From contig JAXHVD010000037.1 in NCBI GenBank assembly GCA_034189385.1, positions 1-22,864 on the forward strand: DNA of 22,864 nucleotides, written 5' to 3'. A program made the position numbers and the translations under genes. Source of the DNA: Thermodesulfobacteriota bacterium. Its GTDB lineage: Bacteria > Desulfobacterota > Desulfobacteria > Desulfobacterales > C00003060. The notes beneath the pieces were generated by a model. The model was given only the letters and a program-made list of their open reading frames with translations, made no database searches and was not told the DNA's origin. Numbering within the stretch: position 1 is the stretch's first letter; each line of letters opens with the position of its first letter. Positions 1-8,529 of this stretch are shown here, piece by piece.

Positions 1-98
1 GTGAACCGCCACGGCCGCGATCCGTCTCAGGATCCCTGCCAGCAGTTTACCACATCATTAACCCCATGCCTTGTAGTGTAATAGACCCGCTCTTTGGG

Positions 99-620
99 TC
101 ATTGATTCAGAAACGCGCCGACTTTGTACGCTTCTTTGGTCTTGTAAACACCCTCCTTACCGCTACGGAGATTCTTGCATTCCGTTTCATATTTCTGCCC
201 GTTATAATGAATTATGAAATCTGGAACTCCGTCTTTGTCGTTCCATTCGTAGTCATCAATGAGTTGTTGGGCCTTCAAAGTTTCGAGATGCTCTGAAAGG
301 TAAAACTCCGCCAGCTTTCCTTTGACATCTACCTGGGCTCTAAAACCCTTGGCTATGGCTGTCATTATGTCCCAAGGGGGTGCGTTGAATTTCTGCTCCA
401 AGGGGTGTGGGTCAACTTCAAGCAGGCGAGCCAGTGTGGCTCCAAAAGCCTCCGCGACTTTTTGAAACGATGCAATCGTGGCGTTTCTTTCTCCACGTTC
501 TATGCCCCCAATATAGGTCGGGTGAAGTCCGCTCCTCTCTGCCAGCTCTTCCTGTGTCCAACCCTTGGATTTCCTGAATTCTTGGACCCGTTGCCCGATT
601 CGTTCGTGAATGTCAGCCAT
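99..620 (-). CDS. XRE/controller (C-protein)-type HTH fused to a PD-(D/E)XK endonuclease domain; probably C-terminally truncated
   Basis: N-terminal RKSKGWTQEELAERSGLHPTYIGGIERGERN is a typical XRE/C-protein HTH. The C-terminal part has PDFIIHYNGQKYETECK (PD...ExK). Only ~24 aa follow the motif before the stop. Confidence 0.75.
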   Translation of the reverse strand: MADIHERIGQRVQEFRKSKGWTQEELAERSGLHPTYIGGIERGERNATIASFQKVAEAFGATLARLLEVDPHPLEQKFNAPPWDIMTAIAKGFRAQVDVKGKLAEFYLSEHLETLKAQQLIDDYEWNDKDGVPDFIIHYNGQKYETECKNLRSGKEGVYKTKEAYKVGAFLNQ

Positions 621-657
621 GCCACTTGACTAACATCTGGCAATAGCGACCACAACA

Positions 658-688
658 GACTATAAGTATCAAATATGACTATAAGTAT
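658..688 (-). promoter_or_regulatory. Tandem C-box-like operators (2 x ATACTTATAGTC on the minus strand)
   Basis: Exact 12-bp direct repeat GACTATAAGTAT at 658-669 and 677-688, 38-68 bp upstream of the ATG at 620. It resembles the ACTTATAGTC core of restriction-modification controller boxes. Confidence 0.7.
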
Positions 689-1384
689 TTTTATAAATAG
701 CTGTTAATATATTTAATATAATATGATAATAGCCATGTCAAGATAGAGACGGAACAGGATATCCTGATATTTACTTGTTTTCAAGCGACAGAGTGGTGCC
801 AATCCTTTGCTATGCCCTCCATGCTGTCAATCGCCTGACAGAGCTACCAGGATAGCTGACGGGATTGTCCTCTAATCAAGGGGGCATTTATGGGCATTTT
901 TGCTCTATGTTCACGGCTTTTATCTATCAAAACTGATTCGTATTTTGGAGTTTGTTTTAAATCTTGAATATTTCTAACTAAGTTATTTTATTATGTTATT
1001 TTATTTTTGTTGTCCATGGTTTCGGTGTCAAAGTCGTTCAAAAAGACCTCCTTTCCTCGACCTGCAGCAATGCTCGGCTGTGGGATTGTAGGTGCATTTG
1101 ACAGGTCGTGGATGGTGCTAGTCGGATTAATAACAGGTACACGATGTATCAGGCGGACGGCCAAGGTATCCCAGGTGTCCTTGGGGTGAACTGCTGTGTT
1201 TACCTATTCCCTTTCTTTTATATGTCGCTATAAACCAATTATTTAATGAATATCAAAATGTTAAACACGCATTTATATTTTTTTGCTGTTCTTGACTTTC
1301 CATCACACACGCAACCCCCGTGTGTGTGATAGCAACGGGCGATTTGCGGAGAAACTCGTAAACATGACTTAATCCATCGTGGTT

Positions 1385-3370
1385 TTAGGCAGTTGCCATT
1401 TTTTGTCGAAGTTCAGTGGGAGTGGTAATTTCTTTGATTTCAGGCGGACCGATATTGATAATCTCTCCCCTTTGGTCCCTTTGATATGCGAATCTGACCG
1501 CATACTTCTTTGTTGCCCCGGGACGTTCTTGGCACAACTCCAGGTATTCATGTTCTTGAAGTTTATTCAATTGCTTGTAAAGGTCCGGACGGTTCCCGAA
1601 ATCTAGCCCCAGCTCCGGTGCCTTGGCTTGTATCTGGCTGATGGTAAACCAGGGGATCTCTCCACGCAGTCCACGTTCGTCATTGAGTTCGTCATTGAGT
1701 CGGCAACAGACCTTTAGGACATTCACAGCCCTTTCGGAGATTGAATGAAGAGTGGCCTTAATAACGGGCACCGCCAGGTTATATGCAATCTCGTAGTCCT
1801 TCATATCTGCTTCAACGTACCTTTCTCCGTCTTGGGTATTGATTTGCTTCTGCTTTTGGTGGAGGAAGGCCACAGTCCTTATCAATCCTAGAAATCGTTC
1901 AACGTCTCTTCTGTTCCGAGCAGTTTTGAATGGGAATGTCAGGAGCTTGTTGAATGGGATGACAACGTCAACGGGCTCCAAGAGTCGTTGGGCGTTGTGG
2001 TGAAGATTTATAATTCGCCGCTTTTCTGCGTTTTTTGACCGCTGTTCGGGGCCTGCAGCGGCAATATGTGCCTTTACTACTCGTTCGGTCTGCTTGATGC
2101 TCTCATCAGTATATAGCTCGAATATTCGGGTGGAGTTCTCATTATGTATGCGTTCTTGGGTGGTGGTCATGACGACAGTGCAAGGGCAGTCTTTTTCGGT
2201 TCTGACGGTTATGTACGAGTCAGTTTTTGGGTCTTTCACCGTCTGCCACCGGGAGAGCTTTCCTTCACTCTGTAGTGTTCTGATTGTTTGCATTACCTTG
2301 TCTGCGCCCTCGATTTCCTGGATCAGCATAAATTTGTGTTTTATGCATTCCTCGGGAGCATGGTAGAATGCTGTGGCGGTGGCAGAAGAAATTACCACGC
2401 GGTCTTCCGGTGGCACAAATTTAGCTATGGTGTTGGCAAGGTAGCTTTTCCCCGTCGAGCTTTGCCCGAAAATCACTATGGAGATCGGAGTTTTGAACTT
2501 CCTGGAAATGGCAGAGAGATAGAGCATCATCTTGTTTGTTTCTTCACCGATCAGCGCACCTGCATAGCTGATGTCTCTTGAAATATTCTTCAGGAGATTC
2601 GGGTCCTTCAAATATGCCAAAGCCTCCTGTTCCTCCTCGTATGATAGTTCCTTTTTCGGTGTGGCCCATGTGTTTATCAACTTGCTGTATTGCCTTGCCT
2701 GCTTCTCATCTTCAACCTGCTTCTTTCTTTTGTTAAAATCCACCCTGAACGCTTCTATCTCCCGACTTGTTAGCTTGAATTCGTCCTTCATCATTTGGAA
2801 GCAAGCCTGGATATCGGAACTCGGCTCATCTAGAATAATGTCCAATGCTTGCCTCATAAGTGGGGCTCGGTCAATGTGAGTAAGATTCTTGTCAATCGAT
2901 CTGATCCTTTCTTGAAACAGCGCTATCCTCTGTTGACGAATGTCGCCTGGATCGGGAGCTGCTTGGGTCGCATATTGCGTAGCAACGCCTCCATATGGGT
3001 TCACGGGCTGTTGTTCATCTGACAAGCCAGATGGCCCGTCCAGGTCATGGACACATGCTATGGGGTCTGCTTCGGATGGTATGTCATCCGTTGCTTGTAG
3101 GTCTGCTTCGGATGGTACAAATCTAGGTTCATCCTCATGCCAACATTCGTTTCCTACAGATGGTTCTTTATGATCCGTTATCGGAACGCCATCCACCCCC
3201 CGTTTTGTGTACCCAGAGACTTTGTTGCATTGAGCGCACTTCACGGCCCCCACGTAGTTGTCATCTGGAGCAAACAGACCGCAGTGGCCCTCCAGCGTTG
3301 AGAACTCTTCCCTGGTATACTGCTTGTTGCAGTGTGGACACCGGAAATAGACGTCGTCCGTATCCATCAT
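1385..3370 (-). CDS. Mobile-element replication protein: N-terminal Zn finger + MCM-like AAA+ ATPase/helicase + putative C-terminal winged helix
   Basis: CPHC...CAQC; Walker A GQSSTGKS; Walker B-like FMLIQE; VVMTTT; ENSTR (arginine-finger-like); TARNRRD (sensor-2-like). RBS AAAGGAG precedes the start. Resembles the ATPase half of CHC2/Toprim primase-helicase proteins of integrative elements. Confidence 0.7.
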   Translation of the reverse strand: MMDTDDVYFRCPHCNKQYTREEFSTLEGHCGLFAPDDNYVGAVKCAQCNKVSGYTKRGVDGVPITDHKEPSVGNECWHEDEPRFVPSEADLQATDDIPSEADPIACVHDLDGPSGLSDEQQPVNPYGGVATQYATQAAPDPGDIRQQRIALFQERIRSIDKNLTHIDRAPLMRQALDIILDEPSSDIQACFQMMKDEFKLTSREIEAFRVDFNKRKKQVEDEKQARQYSKLINTWATPKKELSYEEEQEALAYLKDPNLLKNISRDISYAGALIGEETNKMMLYLSAISRKFKTPISIVIFGQSSTGKSYLANTIAKFVPPEDRVVISSATATAFYHAPEECIKHKFMLIQEIEGADKVMQTIRTLQSEGKLSRWQTVKDPKTDSYITVRTEKDCPCTVVMTTTQERIHNENSTRIFELYTDESIKQTERVVKAHIAAAGPEQRSKNAEKRRIINLHHNAQRLLEPVDVVIPFNKLLTFPFKTARNRRDVERFLGLIRTVAFLHQKQKQINTQDGERYVEADMKDYEIAYNLAVPVIKATLHSISERAVNVLKVCCRLNDELNDERGLRGEIPWFTISQIQAKAPELGLDFGNRPDLYKQLNKLQEHEYLELCQERPGATKKYAVRFAYQRDQRGEIINIGPPEIKEITTPTELRQKMATA

Positions 3371-3953
3371 CTTCTCCTTTCACAAAGACATGGTCCAACC
3401 TGTATCCCCTTTATAATACTCTAATTTGACTATATTTTCAAGGATAGAAACAGACCATACCCATTGACACGTCCAGACGCTGACATCTCTGTGTTTCCTG
3501 AATAAAGGCCTATTATTCAGTCCTTTTTCAGCGTTTTTTCTGACAGTGCGATCAGTACACTATTTTAGACAAGATGCTAAAGTGTAATGCGAATCAGGCG
3601 TAATTACAGAGGGTTTACACCGGTGGGACTGTTGGTAGACAATGTGCGGGAGGTGTTATTACGCTTGTCAGGGTGGTCAAAGGACACACTCACCCCCTTA
3701 TCACATATAAGATGTGTCCACGCACACACTTTGGAGTTGACAGTTTTCGGGTGCCGTTTTGACACGCCCACCAGTTCCTTCTCATATCGAGTGGTGGCAT
3801 GAGATTATTTTTGGAGGGTGAGAGGGAAAGGGACGGTGTAAATTTGGTGTAATTACGTTGTCAGTGCTAATCTCTGTGTAGGGTCAGGTATTGGGTTGAT
3901 TGGTGAACGGGTCTGGGGTAAGAACGGTCTCGTAGGTCTAACGGCGGGACGCG

Positions 3954-4010
3954 TTTGGGATAGTTTTGGGATAGTATTAGCGATGGTGGCAGGCAAATAA
4001 CCTTCTGATA
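3954..4010. other. Putative att arm: 11-bp tandem repeat plus IHF site
   Basis: TTTGGGATAGT x2 (3954-3964, 3965-3975). Positions 3998-4010 read TATCAGAAGGTTA on the minus strand, matching WATCARNNNNTTR, 13 bp from the tRNA 3' end. Confidence 0.55.
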
Positions 4011-4023
4011 TAAAAGAAAAAAG

Positions 4024-4121
4024 TGGCGGAAGTGCATGGGAATCGAACCCACCCAGGACGGTTTTAGCGCCCCACACCGGATTTGAAGTCCGGGAGCCCC
4101 ACCAGCGAGCTATCCACTTCC
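4024..4121 (-). tRNA. selC: tRNA-Sec (anticodon TCA)
   Basis: Minus strand reads GGAAGTGG...CCGGACTTCAAATCCGG...GTGGGTTCGATTCCCATGCACTTCCGCCA: TCA anticodon, long variable arm, extended acceptor stem, G discriminator and encoded CCA. Confidence 0.96.
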
Positions 4122-4286
4122 CCACGAATGGCTCTTGATATAGCCGCTTCTTGTTCCATGTGTCAACCACTTTGTGTAGGTACAACCGGCTGTTACATCA
4201 AAGGGCTCAAGGCTTTGCCCTTTCATCCTGGGCCTTTTAGGTTTGAGCTTGACTGTATCCACATCTCTCAGAGGAAGGAGAAAGAC

Positions 4287-5453
4287 ATGTTGGTAAACCG
4301 CGACCGCTTGGCCCAGGTCTTCCAGAAATTAGTCCAGATAGACAGTGTCTCCAAAAGGGAGGGGGCTGTGGCCAAGGCCTTACAGAGAATTCTTGAATCC
4401 CTGGGTGCTGAGGTGGTGATCGACGAGGCCGGCCCCAAAGTGGGAAGTGATTCCGGAAACCTCATAGCCAGATTTCAGGGCACGGACGGCCACGTTGCCC
4501 CGCTGCTCCTCAATGCCCACATGGATACAGTCCAGCCGGGTGAGGGGGTCAAGATCCTTTTTTCAGATGGTGTCTTTTCAAGCGACGGCACTACTATTCT
4601 CGGAGCAGACGACAAGTCAGCTTTGGCAGTGATCATTGAAACGATCAGGGTATTGCAGGAACGGGGACTGCCCCATGGCCCCCTGGAGGTAGTGGTAACT
4701 GTCTGCGAAGAAGTGGGCCTTTTGGGGGCAAAAAACCTTGATTACTCCCTCCTTAAAGCCCAGTACGGATACAGTCTCGATGCCAGCGACCCCGATGGCA
4801 TTGTGATTCGAGCCCCTGCCGCCAATCATCTCCACTTTGAGGTCTTCGGCCGGGATGCCCATGCAGGGGCCTCTCCTGAAAAAGGGATCAACGCCATCCA
4901 GATTGCCAGTCGGGCGATCGCGAAGATGAAAATAGGCCGCATCGACCAGGAGACCACGGCCAACATCGGATGGATTCAAGGCGGAACGGCCACCAACATC
5001 GTGCCCGGCCTGGTGACCGTCACAGGCGAGGTCCGGAGTCACAGTCCTGAAAAACTGGACAAAGAGACCAAAAAAATCGTGCACTGTCTGGAGGAAGAAA
5101 TCTCTGCCTACCAAAAGGCCTTTCCCTCAGATGACGGATTACCAAGGCTTGAAACGAAAATCCGGGAGGATTTCTCCGCCATGGAGACCCCTGAAGATCA
5201 CCTCGTAGTAACCATGGCCAAGGAGGCGGCAGCGCACCTGGGACGCGAGATGAAGGCCAAAACCAGCGGTGGCGGCAGTGATGCGAATATATTCTTTGGC
5301 CACGGCATTGTCACGGGCATCCTGGGCACCGGGATGAAAGACTTGCACACGGTCCGGGAGTCGATTCGCTTGGATGATATGGTAAAGTCTGTGGAGCTTC
5401 TTCTTGAGATCACGCAGCTTCATGCCAAGAAACCTCCCGTGCCCCAAGGTTAG
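4287..5453 (+). CDS. M20/M25/M40 family metallopeptidase (peptidase T-like)
   Basis: LLNAHMDTV, LGADDK, EEVGL, GGGSDAN and H-T-x-x-E motifs. Start chosen at ATG 4287 behind AAGGAG. Confidence 0.9.
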   Translation: MLVNRDRLAQVFQKLVQIDSVSKREGAVAKALQRILESLGAEVVIDEAGPKVGSDSGNLIARFQGTDGHVAPLLLNAHMDTVQPGEGVKILFSDGVFSSDGTTILGADDKSALAVIIETIRVLQERGLPHGPLEVVVTVCEEVGLLGAKNLDYSLLKAQYGYSLDASDPDGIVIRAPAANHLHFEVFGRDAHAGASPEKGINAIQIASRAIAKMKIGRIDQETTANIGWIQGGTATNIVPGLVTVTGEVRSHSPEKLDKETKKIVHCLEEEISAYQKAFPSDDGLPRLETKIREDFSAMETPEDHLVVTMAKEAAAHLGREMKAKTSGGGSDANIFFGHGIVTGILGTGMKDLHTVRESIRLDDMVKSVELLLEITQLHAKKPPVPQG

Positions 5454-5595
5454 CACCGAGCCCGCCTTGGGAAAGCCTGAGCCGGCCTTTGACTGTCATG
5501 GGGGAGTATGCTAAGAACAGCCATCGTTTCCGATATCAGCTCCACTGCTGGCAAAATACCTCGAATATTTGGTAGTTGCGCCTCCGAGGAATGGC

Positions 5596-6771
5596 ATGCC
5601 GACCATGGGTAATAGGATCGCTTATTTTGACTGTTTTTCAGGCATCAGCGGCGACATGATTCTCGGGGCCTTCATGGACCTGGGGGTCCCAAAAGATTTC
5701 ATCGAAGAAAACATTCAGAACATGCCTCTTGGGGCCTTTCATCTGGAGGTTACTGCGGCCCAACGCATGCATATTTACGGCCAGCAGGTCCGGGTGGTGG
5801 TTGAAGAAGACCATGCCAGGAATTATGGAGAGATCCAACGTCATATTCAAAAAAGTCCGCTAGCTGATCCAGTAAAAGAGCTCAGCCTCAAGGTCTTTTT
5901 AAGGCTCGCAGAGGCAGAGGCCGCCGTTCACCATTGCCCAAAAGAGGAGGTCCACTTTCATGAGTTGGGCGGTGTAGATGCCATAGTGGATATCGTAGGG
6001 GCGGCCCTGGGAGCAGAATGGCTGGGAATTGACACGATAATGGCCTCTGAGATCCCCTTGGGGAGGGGCTTTGTCACCTGTGACCACGGCGTGCTTCCCG
6101 TCCCCGCCCCCGCCACCGTAGCCCTCTTGAAAGGAGTGCCCGTGTACGGTACCGACGTTTCTCATGAGTTGGTGACACCTACTGGTGCGGCTATTGTCAC
6201 CGGCCTTGCAGAGCGTTTTGGCCCTCTACCAAAGATGCGTATCAAGGAGATAGGCTATGGCGTCGGGGCACGGGAATTGAAAGAGATGCCGAACCTGCTG
6301 AGGGTCCTCCTGGGAGAGCCTGAGTCGGTGTATGAGGAAGATCGAGTGGCCGTTGTAGAGACCAACATAGACGATATGAATCCAGAGATATTCGGATTTG
6401 TCATGGAGCGGCTCTTTGAGGCCGGGGCCCTTGACGTCATCTGGATTCCCGTTTCCATGAAGAAGAACCGCCCTGGGACCATGATCCAGGTCGTATGCAA
6501 GGAAAACGACCGAGGCAAGGTGGTAGACAGGATTCTTTCCGAAACCACGGCCACTGGCGTCCGACACCATTGGGCGGAGCGAACAAAACTGCCGCGAAAG
6601 GTCAAAGAGGCCATCACCTCTTTGGGCAAGGTACGGGTGAAAGAGGTTTCAGGCCCCATGGGCAGGCGCTCGGTGGTGCCGGAATATGACGACTGTAAAG
6701 AGATTGCCTTGAAAAAGAAGATCCCCTTGAAGGTGGTCTATGAGACCGTTTTAAAGGAGACGTCGCAGTAA
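5596..6771 (+). CDS. larC: Nickel pincer cofactor biosynthesis protein LarC
   Basis: YFDCFSGISGDM, VHFHELGGVDAIVDI, HGVLPVPAPAT, ETNIDDM, MKKNRPG and PEYDDC motifs. Start is 5596 or 5605. Confidence 0.93.
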   Translation: MPTMGNRIAYFDCFSGISGDMILGAFMDLGVPKDFIEENIQNMPLGAFHLEVTAAQRMHIYGQQVRVVVEEDHARNYGEIQRHIQKSPLADPVKELSLKVFLRLAEAEAAVHHCPKEEVHFHELGGVDAIVDIVGAALGAEWLGIDTIMASEIPLGRGFVTCDHGVLPVPAPATVALLKGVPVYGTDVSHELVTPTGAAIVTGLAERFGPLPKMRIKEIGYGVGARELKEMPNLLRVLLGEPESVYEEDRVAVVETNIDDMNPEIFGFVMERLFEAGALDVIWIPVSMKKNRPGTMIQVVCKENDRGKVVDRILSETTATGVRHHWAERTKLPRKVKEAITSLGKVRVKEVSGPMGRRSVVPEYDDCKEIALKKKIPLKVVYETVLKETSQ

Positions 6772-6811
6772 TTCAGACATCACAGGCCCAAATCGGCAAC
6801 CGAAGAAACCT

Positions 6812-7273
6812 TTGCATAGGATTCGAGAAAAATGGGTGGTCTTGTTTGCAACAGGCGGCTATGTAGGACACATCCCTGTTGCCTCTGGCACCTTTGGCAC
6901 CCTGGTGGCGGTGCCCCTTTGTTTTCTCCTTTCCTTGCTCGGCCCTTTTCAAGGCATGCTTTTCATCGTTCTGTTTGTGGGATTTGCCGTCTGGATCGCA
7001 GGAGAGGCAGAGAAGGTTTTTGAGCAAAAGGACAGCCGCCTTATTGTCATAGATGAAATGGCAGGGTTCCTGGTGACCCTCTTTCTCATCCCTTGGGGCA
7101 CAAAAACCCTGGTGGCCGGTTTTTTGCTCTTCAGGCTCATGGACATTGCCAAACCCTTTCCCATCAGGAAGCTGGAAACCACCTTGCCTGGCGGATGGGG
7201 TGTGGTAGGCGATGATGTCCTGGCAGGTGTCTACGCCAATGTTGTCTTGAGAGTTCTCATGAGGTTCTTTTAG
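6812..7273 (+). CDS. pgpA: Phosphatidylglycerophosphatase A
   Basis: GTFGT, IVIDEMAG, FRLMDIAKPFPI and GGWGVVGDDVLAG motifs; hydrophobic protein. Confidence 0.93.
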   Translation: MHRIREKWVVLFATGGYVGHIPVASGTFGTLVAVPLCFLLSLLGPFQGMLFIVLFVGFAVWIAGEAEKVFEQKDSRLIVIDEMAGFLVTLFLIPWGTKTLVAGFLLFRLMDIAKPFPIRKLETTLPGGWGVVGDDVLAGVYANVVLRVLMRFF

Positions 7274-7349
7274 ACGGGATTCGGGCCAGGCGCACAAGGC
7301 CCTTCCTCAACCCTCTGGCCAACATTGACGGCCCCTTTGGATTTCTACA

Positions 7350-7865
7350 ATGAGGGAAAATAGCCTTGAAGAGGAAGTGGCAAGCCTGCTGCTTTCTGTG
7401 AAGAAAACCATCGCCGTGGCCGAGTCGTGCACCGGGGGGTTGATCTGCCACAGACTCACCAATGTTTCAGGCAGTTCAGACTACCTGGAAATGGGGGTTG
7501 TAACATACAGCAACCAATCCAAGATCAAGCTCTTGGCGGTGCCAAAGGAGATCATTCAAGAACATGGGGCCGTAAGCGCCCCCTGTGTCTGTGCCATGGC
7601 CATGGGCGTAAAGCAACTGGCAGGCACGGACCTGGGCCTTGGGGTAAGCGGCATTGCCGGCCCCACTGGTGGCTCTGTTGACAAACCAGTGGGCACAGTC
7701 CATATGGCCCTGGCCTGGGACGAAGAGGTTACGTGCTGGAAGTTCGTCTTTCAGGGTAGCCGAAGAGAGATCAAAGACCAGGCTTCACAGGAAGGTCTCA
7801 TGCGCATTCGTGACCATTTGATCGAGCAGTTGAGTGGGCAACCACGCATTCACTCGGCCACTTGA
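7350..7865 (+). CDS. CinA C-terminal domain protein (NMN deamidase, PncC-like)
   Basis: AVAESCTGG, GSSDY, TYSN, HGAVS and SGIAGPTGG motifs. Lacks the N-terminal MoCF-binding domain of full-length CinA. Confidence 0.9.
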   Translation: MRENSLEEEVASLLLSVKKTIAVAESCTGGLICHRLTNVSGSSDYLEMGVVTYSNQSKIKLLAVPKEIIQEHGAVSAPCVCAMAMGVKQLAGTDLGLGVSGIAGPTGGSVDKPVGTVHMALAWDEEVTCWKFVFQGSRREIKDQASQEGLMRIRDHLIEQLSGQPRIHSAT

Positions 7866-7933
7866 CCATTGAACTTTTGAACGACTCAACTACTTCACTG
7901 TTTTACTAGTCACCTATTTGACTACTTAACCAG
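7862..7933 (+). repeat. Degenerate 8-bp tandem repeat
   Basis: Units ttgaccat/tgaacttt/tgaacgac/tcaactac/ttcactgt/tttactag/tcacctat/ttgactac/ttaaccag. Confidence 0.55.
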
Positions 7934-7953
7934 ACACTGCAACTTAGCAAACC

Positions 7954-8529
7954 ATGGCAGACAAGATACGCGCCTTTATTGCCATTAGCCTGCCGGAATC
8001 CGTTCTTCAGGCCATTGGCGAGGCCCAGGACAGGCTCCGACGATCACGCCTTGACATCCGATGGGTTCGCAAGGAAGGTATCCATCTCACCCTGAAGTTC
8101 CTGGGAGACATTGACAGGGGTGCTGTAGAAAAGCTGGATGCCGCCATGGGGCGGGCCACCAAGGGGATCCCTTCTTTTGTCCTCATGGGAGAGGGGATCG
8201 GTGTTTTCCCCGATCTCAGACGTGCCCGCGTCATCTGGGCTGGAGTGTCAGGAGACGTTCGGGCCCTCATGGCCCTTTACCGGAACCTGGAATCAGAGTT
8301 GAAAGGGCTTGGCTTTCCAAAGGAGAAACGGACTTACCGGGGTCATCTCACCCTGGGAAGGGCCAAGGGCCGATTGGACACAACTGCGCTCATGCAGGCC
8401 CTGGAAGGATTAAGGGATTTTCAAACAGCGTCTTTCTCGGTGCCATCGCTCGTCCTGTTTCAAAGCACTTTGCGCCCACAGGGCGCCATCTATACCAGGC
8501 TGGCGGAAGCACCACTGGTAAGTGACTAA
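7954..8529 (+). CDS. thpR: RNA 2',3'-cyclic phosphodiesterase (2H family, LigT)
   Basis: RAFIAI and two HxT motifs (HLTLKFLG, HLTLGR); lies between cinA and recA. Confidence 0.93.
   Translation: MADKIRAFIAISLPESVLQAIGEAQDRLRRSRLDIRWVRKEGIHLTLKFLGDIDRGAVEKLDAAMGRATKGIPSFVLMGEGIGVFPDLRRARVIWAGVSGDVRALMALYRNLESELKGLGFPKEKRTYRGHLTLGRAKGRLDTTALMQALEGLRDFQTASFSVPSLVLFQSTLRPQGAIYTRLAEAPLVSD

Larger units (their letters stand above)
1..4023. mobile_element. Genomic island / integrative element at the 3' end of selC (other boundary outside the window)
   Basis: Abuts the CCA end of tRNA-Sec, a known integration hotspot. It is visibly more AT-rich than the core genes, carries replication-type and R-M-type genes, and has arm-like tandem repeats plus an IHF consensus next to the tRNA. 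Confidence 0.7.

Noticed and set aside
27..101. TGA stop of the HTH-nuclease read through as selenocysteine (selC nearby, hairpin at the stop)
   Set aside because: The hairpin overlaps the TGA instead of lying downstream like a bacterial SECIS, the extension is short and uninformative, and the family is not redox-related.
4137..4166. selC promoter (TTGACA on the minus strand at 4161-4166)
   Set aside because: Plausible -35, but no good -10 at canonical spacing, so it was not called.
3853..4185. 110-aa minus-strand ORF and the 68-aa N-terminal extension of the peptidase ORF (from 4083)
   Set aside because: Both overlap tRNA-Sec; the peptidase has a good RBS and start at 4287.
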